From Gammaproteobacteria bacterium (GTDB taxonomy: Bacteria; Pseudomonadota; Gammaproteobacteria; UBA4575), in the NCBI GenBank assembly GCA_965221955.1, contig CBDCTA010000024.1, positions 1-15,971 of the forward strand: a DNA stretch of 15,971 nt, given 5' to 3'. The translations under genes were made by a program, and so were the position numbers. Positions within the stretch are counted from its first letter, which is position 1, and every line of letters begins with the position of its first letter. Below are positions 7,948 to 15,971 of this stretch, piece after piece. The notes under the pieces are model-generated. The model was not told where the DNA came from. It made no database searches and saw only the letters and a list, made by a program, of their open reading frames with translations.

Positions 7948-10152
7948 TTATTCATAAACTTTCCACTTTATTTGATCAGAAGCTGTATATATATTAATAA
8001 TACTTGACTCTTTTTTTACGCCATATGATGGTGAATAAAACGCATTTTCAATAGCAGCTACACCTGAGTCATGCTCTAAAAATATCACTAGATGCTCTAT
8101 AATTATTTTAATTTTTGTTGGGCTAATAATGGCTGCGATGGCACCTGGAATTAAACAGAAATTTATTATTTTTTCTCCTCTCCAATCACAAAGATCAATC
8201 CCAGCAATACCAGTCTTATATATAGTGATTTCTCGTCTATGCTTATATTTATAACCTGCATACGAGCCAATAATCTGATTAGTCCCAATCTGTTCAATTT
8301 TTGCATGGGATCTATCTGGCATTACAAATAAACCTTCTTCAATAGAGTTTTGCTCTATCCCTTTAACATATAAAGTGTTATGAAACCCTGTTGATCGAAA
8401 CTTGTTTCTCAGTTCTGGCAATGCTGTATAAATATATGTTCCATAATCAACTAATACAGGCAAAGACTTATAGTGTAATTCGATAGATAATTGATCATTA
8501 TGAGCATGTCCACCATTACCATTTTGCCCTACAGAGCCACATCTGAATGTTAGAAACAAATCCTCACTCCTATAAACATAAAGACCAAACTCTTTGAATT
8601 TAATAAATTGATCCTTCAGATTTTTTTGCTTAGCATTGCTTCTATCTACCCCCAAGTTTCCACTAACCACATTTGAGCCAATTAGATCTTTAATTATAAC
8701 TTCTTCCAAACTTTGCTGATATTTACTAGATCTTTTTGCAATAGAGCCAAAAATAGCATGAATTGAGTTTACCAAATGGCCATGGTCTAATATTTCCTCA
8801 TTCTCTAGATCATCATCCATCATCGCAATGCTATAGCTTGGTGTGAGTTTAACTAACCTACCACTGTCGTTATCACCAATCTGCACAACTTTCCCATTAG
8901 GAGCTGTAACTGCAATAGTGAAATTTGCCATACTATTAATCCGTGATAGCAAAGATGGCGGTAAAGGAGTTTTGTCAGATACACCTTCTATTTCATAGAG
9001 TGTTATTTCCTTCGGCTTAAAGTGAACAATCTTGTTGAACACACTTGAATCATATGAATGCAATGCTTCAAGCTCTGTCTTGTCAAAGCCTAGAATAAGT
9101 GCAGCTGCAAAAACTACCATTTCTGCAGAAAGTCTATGATATGAAGTAGAAGCCTCAAAATTCGCCCCATCTTCATAAAATTGCTCATTTACAGCATTGA
9201 TAAATTCATAAACAGAAAATGCTAGCCAGGCATTGGTCTTTTTGTTTCGAGGAAGATATACGGATATAAACAATAGGCCTACTATATTTGCCAAATAATG
9301 ATTTGAACGCAGCTGCGGGTACCACTCCAAATTATTTATGATGTGCTCTCCATGTTCGTAAATGCTTCTTGCTAAAATAGCATTAAATTTTTTATCAAAA
9401 CTTTCACCAAATACACAAAAAATATCCAATGCTAAGAGCATATTTACTGCGCGTATCCCAACATCCATAGAACACACCCAGTTAACACCATACCTAGGAG
9501 GATTACTAGCAATAAAATCTAAGCACTGATCTCTAAATTCTATTACGTATTTAGCACCACCTCCTATTACTCCTTGTTGTTTTTGTAATCCATATGTAAT
9601 TGCCAACTGTGGTAGATGTTGCAACCGTGCTAACTCCCAAGGAACTTTTATATCTACACCTTGAGCATCACCGTATTTTATGTTCTTAAACCATGTTTTG
9701 TAGTCCCATATATAACCAGACTTAAAGTCTATATTCCAATTAATCGGAACATAATTATCACAAACTTCTTCCCATATTTTTTTCGACTCTGATAAATTTG
9801 GATTAGCAATTATATTTTTAAGCCATTTATCATTATTAAAAATATATACAGGATCATTATTTGCATAATTATTCCCCTCCATACCTGGACATGTCATTCC
9901 ATAGCACACCCTCTGCCAACCAGAACCAAGTAAATTGAACTTATGGTCAATATATTTCCTTGATGCTGATTGATATAAATCAAGGTATTCTTTAAAAGAA
10001 CTTATATCTAATTCTTCTAATCTCGTATTTATACTTAATTCAGTCTTGACTAATAGACAATATGTAGAGAAGAATCGATCTTTTTGAAATGAAATAAAGT
10101 TTTCAAAAATATTAATAAATTTTATATATACCTTTAACGCAAGAGTGCGCAT
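7948..10152 (-). CDS. Heparinase II/III-family (polysaccharide lyase-like) protein
   Basis: DIKVPWELARLQHL, NWVCSMDVGIRAVN, NHYLAN, FEASTSYH, IGDNDSG, GGHAHNDQLS, DYGTYIY...RNKFRSTGFHNT: motif set of heparinase II/III-like proteins found in polysaccharide loci. Confidence 0.85.
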   Translation of the reverse strand: MRTLALKVYIKFINIFENFISFQKDRFFSTYCLLVKTELSINTRLEELDISSFKEYLDLYQSASRKYIDHKFNLLGSGWQRVCYGMTCPGMEGNNYANNDPVYIFNNDKWLKNIIANPNLSESKKIWEEVCDNYVPINWNIDFKSGYIWDYKTWFKNIKYGDAQGVDIKVPWELARLQHLPQLAITYGLQKQQGVIGGGAKYVIEFRDQCLDFIASNPPRYGVNWVCSMDVGIRAVNMLLALDIFCVFGESFDKKFNAILARSIYEHGEHIINNLEWYPQLRSNHYLANIVGLLFISVYLPRNKKTNAWLAFSVYEFINAVNEQFYEDGANFEASTSYHRLSAEMVVFAAALILGFDKTELEALHSYDSSVFNKIVHFKPKEITLYEIEGVSDKTPLPPSLLSRINSMANFTIAVTAPNGKVVQIGDNDSGRLVKLTPSYSIAMMDDDLENEEILDHGHLVNSIHAIFGSIAKRSSKYQQSLEEVIIKDLIGSNVVSGNLGVDRSNAKQKNLKDQFIKFKEFGLYVYRSEDLFLTFRCGSVGQNGNGGHAHNDQLSIELHYKSLPVLVDYGTYIYTALPELRNKFRSTGFHNTLYVKGIEQNSIEEGLFVMPDRSHAKIEQIGTNQIIGSYAGYKYKHRREITIYKTGIAGIDLCDWRGEKIINFCLIPGAIAAIISPTKIKIIIEHLVIFLEHDSGVAAIENAFYSPSYGVKKESSIINIYTASDQIKWKVYE

Positions 10153-10221
10153 AGGGTATTTAAAGACTATTTTTAAAAACTTATTAATGAGATTAAACTA
10201 TACTTTTTTTAATCAATAGAG

Positions 10222-11823
10222 CTAATTACATATCTGAGCAAGCTTCTCAAGAATTTTTTCAGTATGACTTTTCCAAGTATATTTATTTAGACACTCTTGA
10301 CGGGCTAATTGGCCCATTTTTTCCCATGAGCTAGGATTTTCAATCATATGCTTTAATCCTTCACAAAGAGCATTAGAGTCGCCAGGAGTCACCAGGTGTG
10401 CTGTTTCATCATGTTTCAATATTTCTCCAATTTGATCTAAATCTGAAGCAACAATTGGCTTTCCAATCGCCATATATTCAAAAAGTTTAGTTGGTGATCC
10501 GAAAAAAGGACTCCCATCAGAATTAGGAACGTGGGGAGAAACTAAGATATCACAAGCTGCTAAATAGGTTGGACCTTCATTATGAGGAATCAAACCAGTT
10601 AAAGACACGTTTTCATATAAGCAATAATCATCAACTAACTTTTTAACGCTTTCCATCGTAACACCATCACCTATCATCATTAAATGAATTCTTTTCTGAT
10701 ACTCTGGACACTTCTTCATTAACATTCCAAATGATTTGACTAAAATCTCGGCACCATGCCAAGGACCAAATGTACCAATAAAACCAAATACTATTTTATT
10801 ACCAAGACTATACTCCTCCCTAATCTGATCACCGCAAACACTTGGCGAATATTTCTCAGGATCAACACCATTTGGATTAATTAATATTTTTTCTTCCGAT
10901 ATGCCTTGGGCAACTATCTGATCTTTCAAAGGTGAACTTACAACCACTATAAGGTTAGCCGATATCAAGTTAAACCATTCTATCTTTTCCGCCGTATCTT
11001 GATTCTTTACTTTCCTACCCCAGTTATTAGATACCCAAACCTCTGAACCGTTATACTCAAGCACAAAAGGTATCTTTAGTTTTTCTGCCAATTGAGCACC
11101 ACAATAGTTATTTAAGCAGTATCGTTGATAGATAAACGCATAATTATCATCTGCAATAATCTTTTCTGCCTCTTTAAAAAATAGACCATTGTGTGCAAGC
11201 TGGCGTTCTTCTTGATGAAAATTCCGATACCCATAAGACTTATCTATATTATGGATCTCTATATTTGGATCAATTCCTGGAACGCTAACACTAGATATAT
11301 ATACTGTGCGATCGAGTAGTTTTGAAAAATTGTTCAATACACCAGTAGTGTGACTCACAGCACCACCTGTTTGTATTTCATCCCAATGCTCAGTCCGAAG
11401 ATAAATTACCGAATTTAATACCTTTGTTTTGTCAACAATATTAGTTTTATTATATTTTTTATGTGAGAATAGTTGTAAATTTTGATCAATATTTTTCTTT
11501 AACTCTTTAACAGCAATACGTTCACGAATATATTCTATTGTTTCCTTTGCAATAGTCCTAAATGCAATCTCTTTTACCTCATGGTTTGCATCCTTTATCT
11601 CGCACCTTCCTCTACATATTACTTTCATAAAAATAGAAATTGGAAGTGGCCAATACATCTTTTTTATATCTTTAACATATAATTCGGCTCTCGAAAACTT
11701 AAGTATTTTGCAAAATATTGAGCCTGTTCGAATCCAATATTTAAATTTCTCGTAAGTGATCTCTTTTTCACAAACAGAAGATTCACCAACTTTATCGATG
11801 TCTTGAATAATAATTAACTTCAT
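10222..11823 (-). CDS. GT4 glycosyltransferase with an N-terminal extension
   Basis: TGGAVSHT, YQRY, PFVLEYNGSEVW, NPNGVD, GFIGTFGPWHG, GDG, FFGSPTKLFEYMAIGKPIVASD. ATG 11823 (after AGGTTGGAAG) is preferred to TTG 11850. Confidence 0.9.
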   Translation of the reverse strand: MKLIIIQDIDKVGESSVCEKEITYEKFKYWIRTGSIFCKILKFSRAELYVKDIKKMYWPLPISIFMKVICRGRCEIKDANHEVKEIAFRTIAKETIEYIRERIAVKELKKNIDQNLQLFSHKKYNKTNIVDKTKVLNSVIYLRTEHWDEIQTGGAVSHTTGVLNNFSKLLDRTVYISSVSVPGIDPNIEIHNIDKSYGYRNFHQEERQLAHNGLFFKEAEKIIADDNYAFIYQRYCLNNYCGAQLAEKLKIPFVLEYNGSEVWVSNNWGRKVKNQDTAEKIEWFNLISANLIVVVSSPLKDQIVAQGISEEKILINPNGVDPEKYSPSVCGDQIREEYSLGNKIVFGFIGTFGPWHGAEILVKSFGMLMKKCPEYQKRIHLMMIGDGVTMESVKKLVDDYCLYENVSLTGLIPHNEGPTYLAACDILVSPHVPNSDGSPFFGSPTKLFEYMAIGKPIVASDLDQIGEILKHDETAHLVTPGDSNALCEGLKHMIENPSSWEKMGQLARQECLNKYTWKSHTEKILEKLAQICN

Positions 11824-11864
11824 TAATAACTTCCAACCTGTAGAGTACAAAATAAGATTCGATT

Positions 11865-12701
11865 TTATATAGCTGCATTATTTTTTTTTAGCTCAACACT
11901 TATGCATTCCCTAGTATTTTTAAATATGGTTGTAAATATCTTATAAAATAACCTTAATGGACGTAAACTTATATCAGATGAAAAATAGTCTGAATAATTA
12001 TAGAAATTTTTATTTATAACAGAAAAATTAGAAATCTCTGCAAGTTTTTCTAGCTCACTAGAAGTAAATTCGTGATGATGTCCTATAAAAGGAACAGCAG
12101 AGTTATATTTTGTACTTATATCAGCCAGTGGCGATCGACCTAATAAAAAAAATAGCCTATTATAAAAATGCGCAATGTTTGGTACTTCTATATATAACCT
12201 TCCATCCTCTGTCATTGCATTAGATATATTATGCATAAGAATTTTCAACGAATGCGGGTAATGCTCAATAACGGCCATTAACGATATAAATTCAAACGGT
12301 TCCCTAATCTCTACTTGCTCTTGAAACATATCCACATCCATGACATTTACATCATGTGCTTTAATACACGCAAATAAAGGATCAAATGCTTCACCATAAT
12401 ATTGAAGAGCTTCCGTCATAGTCACATTAGAATAACCAAGCATTTTAAGTGTTATTGGAAAAACACCAAAAAAACCTCCAACATCACAATAACGTACATT
12501 GGAATCATAATTATCCAAAACTAGATAAATCTGATAGTACCTTTTAACAGAACAACGCAGATAATTATTAAAATCAAAATTGTCTGAACCCCAGCCAATA
12601 TTATGTACTGCTAATTCATCTTGCAGGACAGGTGACCAATTTCCCATTACTTCTCGCAACGCTTCTTCATATGTTGCACTAAACTTATGAAATGAGACCA
12701 T
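11865..12701 (-). CDS. Class I SAM-dependent methyltransferase
   Basis: Motif I variant YCDVGGFFG, MAVIEH, GRLYIEVPN, GHHHEFT. Confidence 0.8.
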   Translation of the reverse strand: MVSFHKFSATYEEALREVMGNWSPVLQDELAVHNIGWGSDNFDFNNYLRCSVKRYYQIYLVLDNYDSNVRYCDVGGFFGVFPITLKMLGYSNVTMTEALQYYGEAFDPLFACIKAHDVNVMDVDMFQEQVEIREPFEFISLMAVIEHYPHSLKILMHNISNAMTEDGRLYIEVPNIAHFYNRLFFLLGRSPLADISTKYNSAVPFIGHHHEFTSSELEKLAEISNFSVINKNFYNYSDYFSSDISLRPLRLFYKIFTTIFKNTRECISVELKKNNAAI

Positions 12702-12758
12702 GTTAAATAATATAAATTAATTAATTATTTGATTTGTTTGCTTTTGAGATTATCTCGA

Positions 12759-13538
12759 TTAAGCCTTACTTATTGTAAAATACCAAGTTGATACAAAATA
12801 ATATGGAAGATAGTCTGCAATTTTGGTATTAAACTTTATCATGTGTTTATTAGATAAAACTCGACTCGTTAGAACCGGTGCCCCTAGGAACGCACCGTTT
12901 TTAAACTCAACCACTTTCAAGTTAGAAGAAGCAAAAAGATCATACAAACTTTTTTTTGTAAAAAACTGAATATGCCCTGAATCTATGTTGTAAGGGGGTT
13001 CAAAAGGATATGTTATTACATCATCTTCATGATTTTTTTTCTTAAACAGACTTTTTAGATAATACTTAGTTTTCGACAATACATAAGTTAAATTATCTAT
13101 AAACAGATATCTAGCAATTCTTTTTTCCACTTCAAATGGACCAAACCCATTTGGAACTGCCCCAATCATAATTCCATCATCAGCTAATAGCTCACTATGC
13201 TCTTTTATAACTGATTTTGGATTTTCCAAATGCTCAAGTATGTCCGCATAAACAATAATATCGAATACTTTACCATATGGGATCTTTGTAGAGAATTTTG
13301 CTTGCATGGAAGAATAATTTTTTGAGGCATACTCTAAAGATGGCGCATGTATATCAACGCCATAATAATTTGTTCCATCATTAATCAAATATCTTGAAAC
13401 CGCATTACCATTTCCACATCCAAAATCTAACAAATCAATTTTTGACTTTTTTAAATTTTTAAATTGATCGATATGACTAAGAATGTACTTCAACTTCTTA
13501 GTGTGACCATAGATATTTTCGTCAGGAAGCAAGCTCAT
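12759..13538 (-). CDS. Class I SAM-dependent methyltransferase
   Basis: LLDFGCGNG, YGVDI, FDIIVYADILEHL, GAVPNG, GHIQFFT. Confidence 0.88.
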   Translation of the reverse strand: MSLLPDENIYGHTKKLKYILSHIDQFKNLKKSKIDLLDFGCGNGNAVSRYLINDGTNYYGVDIHAPSLEYASKNYSSMQAKFSTKIPYGKVFDIIVYADILEHLENPKSVIKEHSELLADDGIMIGAVPNGFGPFEVEKRIARYLFIDNLTYVLSKTKYYLKSLFKKKNHEDDVITYPFEPPYNIDSGHIQFFTKKSLYDLFASSNLKVVEFKNGAFLGAPVLTSRVLSNKHMIKFNTKIADYLPYYFVSTWYFTISKA

Positions 13539-13587
13539 ATACTAAATATAACCAGTCTTTGATAAAACACACTGTCTTCCAATTAAG

Positions 13588-14835
13588 CTAATAGCTATTA
13601 AAGTGGCTAGTTAAACTATTATTCTTGTTCTTGACCAAATATAAAACATACAAAAATATTGTGAAGTAACATATCGATGAAGTTATAGCTGCACCTTCAA
13701 TACCTAACATAGGAATTAATATAGAATTTAGAACTATATTTAGTATAAAAATATAGAACCATGCATACACTAATTTTACTGGCAACCCTATACTTGCTAA
13801 AAATTGTGCTAGCGCAATTTCAAGAGACAGAAAAAAAATCCCAGGCAAAAGTATCAATACAGAGTCAGTACTAGGTGTAAATTCAACTCCAAATAGAATA
13901 GGTATTATATGTGGAACCAGCATACCAAATACTATAATGGCCAGGGCCATTATAAATGCCATGTATATTGTGACTATTTTGGTTTGTGCCCATTTCTCTA
14001 ATTTGTTTTTTAATGATGTAATTTTTGGAAACAATATTGTCCCGACAGCTATAGGTAAAATCAGCAACATATCTGCAAAACTAGTAGCAATCGAGTAATA
14101 TCCAGTATCTTTAGCTCCCAATATATATTGGATCATCAATAAATCTACCTTCAAAACTAGAAATGCAAATAATCCAGCCAAATATGCCTTAATCCCATAT
14201 GATAAAAATAAATTTGGCAGCTTAAATCTATGAAATGAAAGAGTATATTTTGTATAAACAAACACCAAACATAACAATAGACCAAATATCATAGAAAAAA
14301 ACGAAACAATAAAGAAATTCAAGACAGAAGAAGCAGTTAGCCAAGCTAGCAATATAATCATTCCAACAAAACTCATTCTACTAACAATCTCAATAAGATT
14401 ATATGCCCAAATTTCTCTCAACCCTATCAATAAATTTTGTACTAAAAGGTACAAAAGACCAAAGGGTATCCACAATACTGATAATATAATTAAAAAAGCA
14501 TTATCAATATTAAGCAACTTTGGATAACTTAATAAAATTGATCCTAAAACTAGCGTTGTCGCTCCTCCTATCAAAAGGCTGATGTAAACACTATTCGATA
14601 GTAACTGAGGAAGCAGTGTTTTATCTTGTGAAATAAAGTATGTATTTGACGATTGAAGCCCTAAATTACAGACCTGTATTCCTACCAAGCTAATAGTTGA
14701 TAATACAATAAAATTTCCTCGCCCCTCTGCACCAAGTAACCTAGAGATTAAAACACTACCCACTAAGCCAATACATACTAATAATGCACGCGTTAAAACT
14801 GTTTGTGTAATTTGACTGAAAAATACCTTTTCCAA
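13588..14835 (-). CDS. wzx: Wzx/MOP-family oligosaccharide flippase
   Basis: About 12 hydrophobic segments; SRLLGAEGRG, KVDLLMI...GYYSIA, LFPKI, LNIVLNSILIPMLGIEGAAI. TTG start. Confidence 0.9.
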   Translation of the reverse strand: MEKVFFSQITQTVLTRALLVCIGLVGSVLISRLLGAEGRGNFIVLSTISLVGIQVCNLGLQSSNTYFISQDKTLLPQLLSNSVYISLLIGGATTLVLGSILLSYPKLLNIDNAFLIILSVLWIPFGLLYLLVQNLLIGLREIWAYNLIEIVSRMSFVGMIILLAWLTASSVLNFFIVSFFSMIFGLLLCLVFVYTKYTLSFHRFKLPNLFLSYGIKAYLAGLFAFLVLKVDLLMIQYILGAKDTGYYSIATSFADMLLILPIAVGTILFPKITSLKNKLEKWAQTKIVTIYMAFIMALAIIVFGMLVPHIIPILFGVEFTPSTDSVLILLPGIFFLSLEIALAQFLASIGLPVKLVYAWFYIFILNIVLNSILIPMLGIEGAAITSSICYFTIFLYVLYLVKNKNNSLTSHFNSY

Positions 14836-14914
14836 AATAACTTTCTACATATCTTGAGAGAGATTTAATATCATAAACTTCTATTTAAGAAATAGTATTA
14901 CTTGCTAATCCTAC

Positions 14915-15971
14915 TCAACAATCAACAAACTCTTTCCACCAAAGCATAAAATTCAGCAAAAACCAAATTTGTACATTCGATTTTTTACTTATCAGGTGAT
15001 CAACATACCTAGCATCGAAGAAATCTGTTTCCTTACAAAATAACATCAACATGTTTAGATATTTTTGACCCAGTTTACCTAGCAGCCACTCATGCACAGG
15101 TACACCAAACCCTTGTTTTTTCCTTTTTATTATTTCATCAGGTATTAATCCATCCACAGATTTTTTAAGTATTCGTTTTAACTCATTATTTTTAAACTTA
15201 GTTGCAGGTGAGATGCTCATCGAAAGCTCTACAAATTTATGGTCCAAAAAAGGCACACGGCCCTCTAAACTAACACCCATACTCATTTTATCAACACGCA
15301 TTAAAAGTAACTCAGGAAGCCTCAAATTCAAATCTGTATAGCTCATCCAATTCAAAAATGATTGGTCAGAAGCTTTTTCTTTAAATCTATCATATGTTGG
15401 TTTAATTGATTCCCAAGAAGTATATCCATTAAATTCTCTTCTCATATTCTGTGAAAGCAGGCTATTCTTTTGTGATTCATAGAAAGCTTCTGCGCCACTC
15501 CAAAAAATTGGGGTATTTACGACTGAACGCCTTAATAACTCGAATTTAAATGTATCAGTCTTATCTAGAATACGCGCTATTTCATATGCAGGCTTTTCAA
15601 AAAGAAAAGAAAAAGGAAAATTATGAATGTTATTTAATTTGATAAACTTTGCCCACTGAGGATAACCACAAAATAATTCATCAGCACCTTCACCTAACTG
15701 ACAAACCGTTACTCCATTATCTTTTGCTAGTTTAGAAACATAATATACTGGCATACAAACTGGATCAGCAATAGGTTCATCTTGTAATTTCACCATGCGA
15801 GGTAAGAAGTCTATCAAATCATCAACCGTCAACTTCTTTTCATAATAATCAGCACTAACAGTAGCAGCCATTTTCCTTGCATACTCAAATTCATTTTTAT
15901 AGGACTCAAATTCTCCTTCGTAACCAATGCTAAAGGCTTTTACTGGTTCCGTTTCATTCTCGGAGAATAAA
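14915..15971 (-). CDS. asnB: Asparagine synthase (glutamine-hydrolysing)-like amidotransferase, C-terminal part (5' end beyond the right edge)
   Basis: The frame is open to the window edge (LFSENETEPVKAFSIGY...NEFEYARKM), then DEPIAD, GEGADELFCGY, LLMRVDKMSMGVSLEGRVPFLDH, RKKQGF. In a glycan locus it is likely a sugar-carboxyl amidase-type tailoring enzyme (amidotransferase) rather than an Asn biosynthetic enzyme. Confidence 0.9.
   Translation of the reverse strand, partial: LFSENETEPVKAFSIGYEGEFESYKNEFEYARKMAATVSADYYEKKLTVDDLIDFLPRMVKLQDEPIADPVCMPVYYVSKLAKDNGVTVCQLGEGADELFCGYPQWAKFIKLNNIHNFPFSFLFEKPAYEIARILDKTDTFKFELLRRSVVNTPIFWSGAEAFYESQKNSLLSQNMRREFNGYTSWESIKPTYDRFKEKASDQSFLNWMSYTDLNLRLPELLLMRVDKMSMGVSLEGRVPFLDHKFVELSMSISPATKFKNNELKRILKKSVDGLIPDEIIKRKKQGFGVPVHEWLLGKLGQKYLNMLMLFCKETDFFDARYVDHLISKKSNVQIWFLLNFMLWWKEFVDC

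Noticed and set aside
12702-12758. AT-only palindromes (AATTAATTAATT, AAATAAT/ATTATTT) and GAGAT-A-ATCTC in the MTase spacer
   Set aside because: Low complexity and unstable; not terminator-like.
11881-13040. A8-A9 tracts in the methyltransferase genes as phase-variation sites
   Set aside because: They are in-frame Lys/Asn codon runs expected at this AT content, the longest is at the extreme 3' end, and similar runs occur in housekeeping genes.
15869-15871. ATG at 15871 as the asnB start
   Set aside because: The frame stays open with AsnB-like sequence to the window edge, so this is an internal Met.
1-15971. tRNA/rRNA, CRISPR array, IS/integrase, ops/JUMPstart element
   Set aside because: Intergenic gaps are all under about 80 nt and no such motifs or repeats were seen; the promoter region of the locus lies outside the window.

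Overview
All supported genes in this AT-rich, probably gammaproteobacterial window lie on the minus strand and form one tightly packed run. In transcription order (right to left) the first block is the distal half of a Wzx-dependent surface/exopolysaccharide locus: AsnB-like amidotransferase (5'-truncated), Wzx flippase, two class I SAM methyltransferases, a GT4 glycosyltransferase, a heparinase II/III-family protein, a second GT4, the PssD/PssE (Alg14/Alg13-like) pair and a WcaJ-type priming transferase. It runs with only a 1-nt gap into the conserved housekeeping operon miaB-ybeZ(phoH-like)-ybeY-corC-lnt (lnt 3'-truncated). Main anomalies: (1) miaB is split by one extra base exactly at a CCC-TAA 'shifty stop' between its N-terminal and radical-SAM domains (programmed +1 frameshift, recent lesion or sequencing error); (2) pssD has no canonical start upstream of its conserved motif, but has a well-spaced ATA and an in-frame 8-codon uORF ending in four UNN codons; (3) wcaJ and miaB appear translationally coupled. 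No RNA genes, mobile elements or CRISPR arrays were seen.
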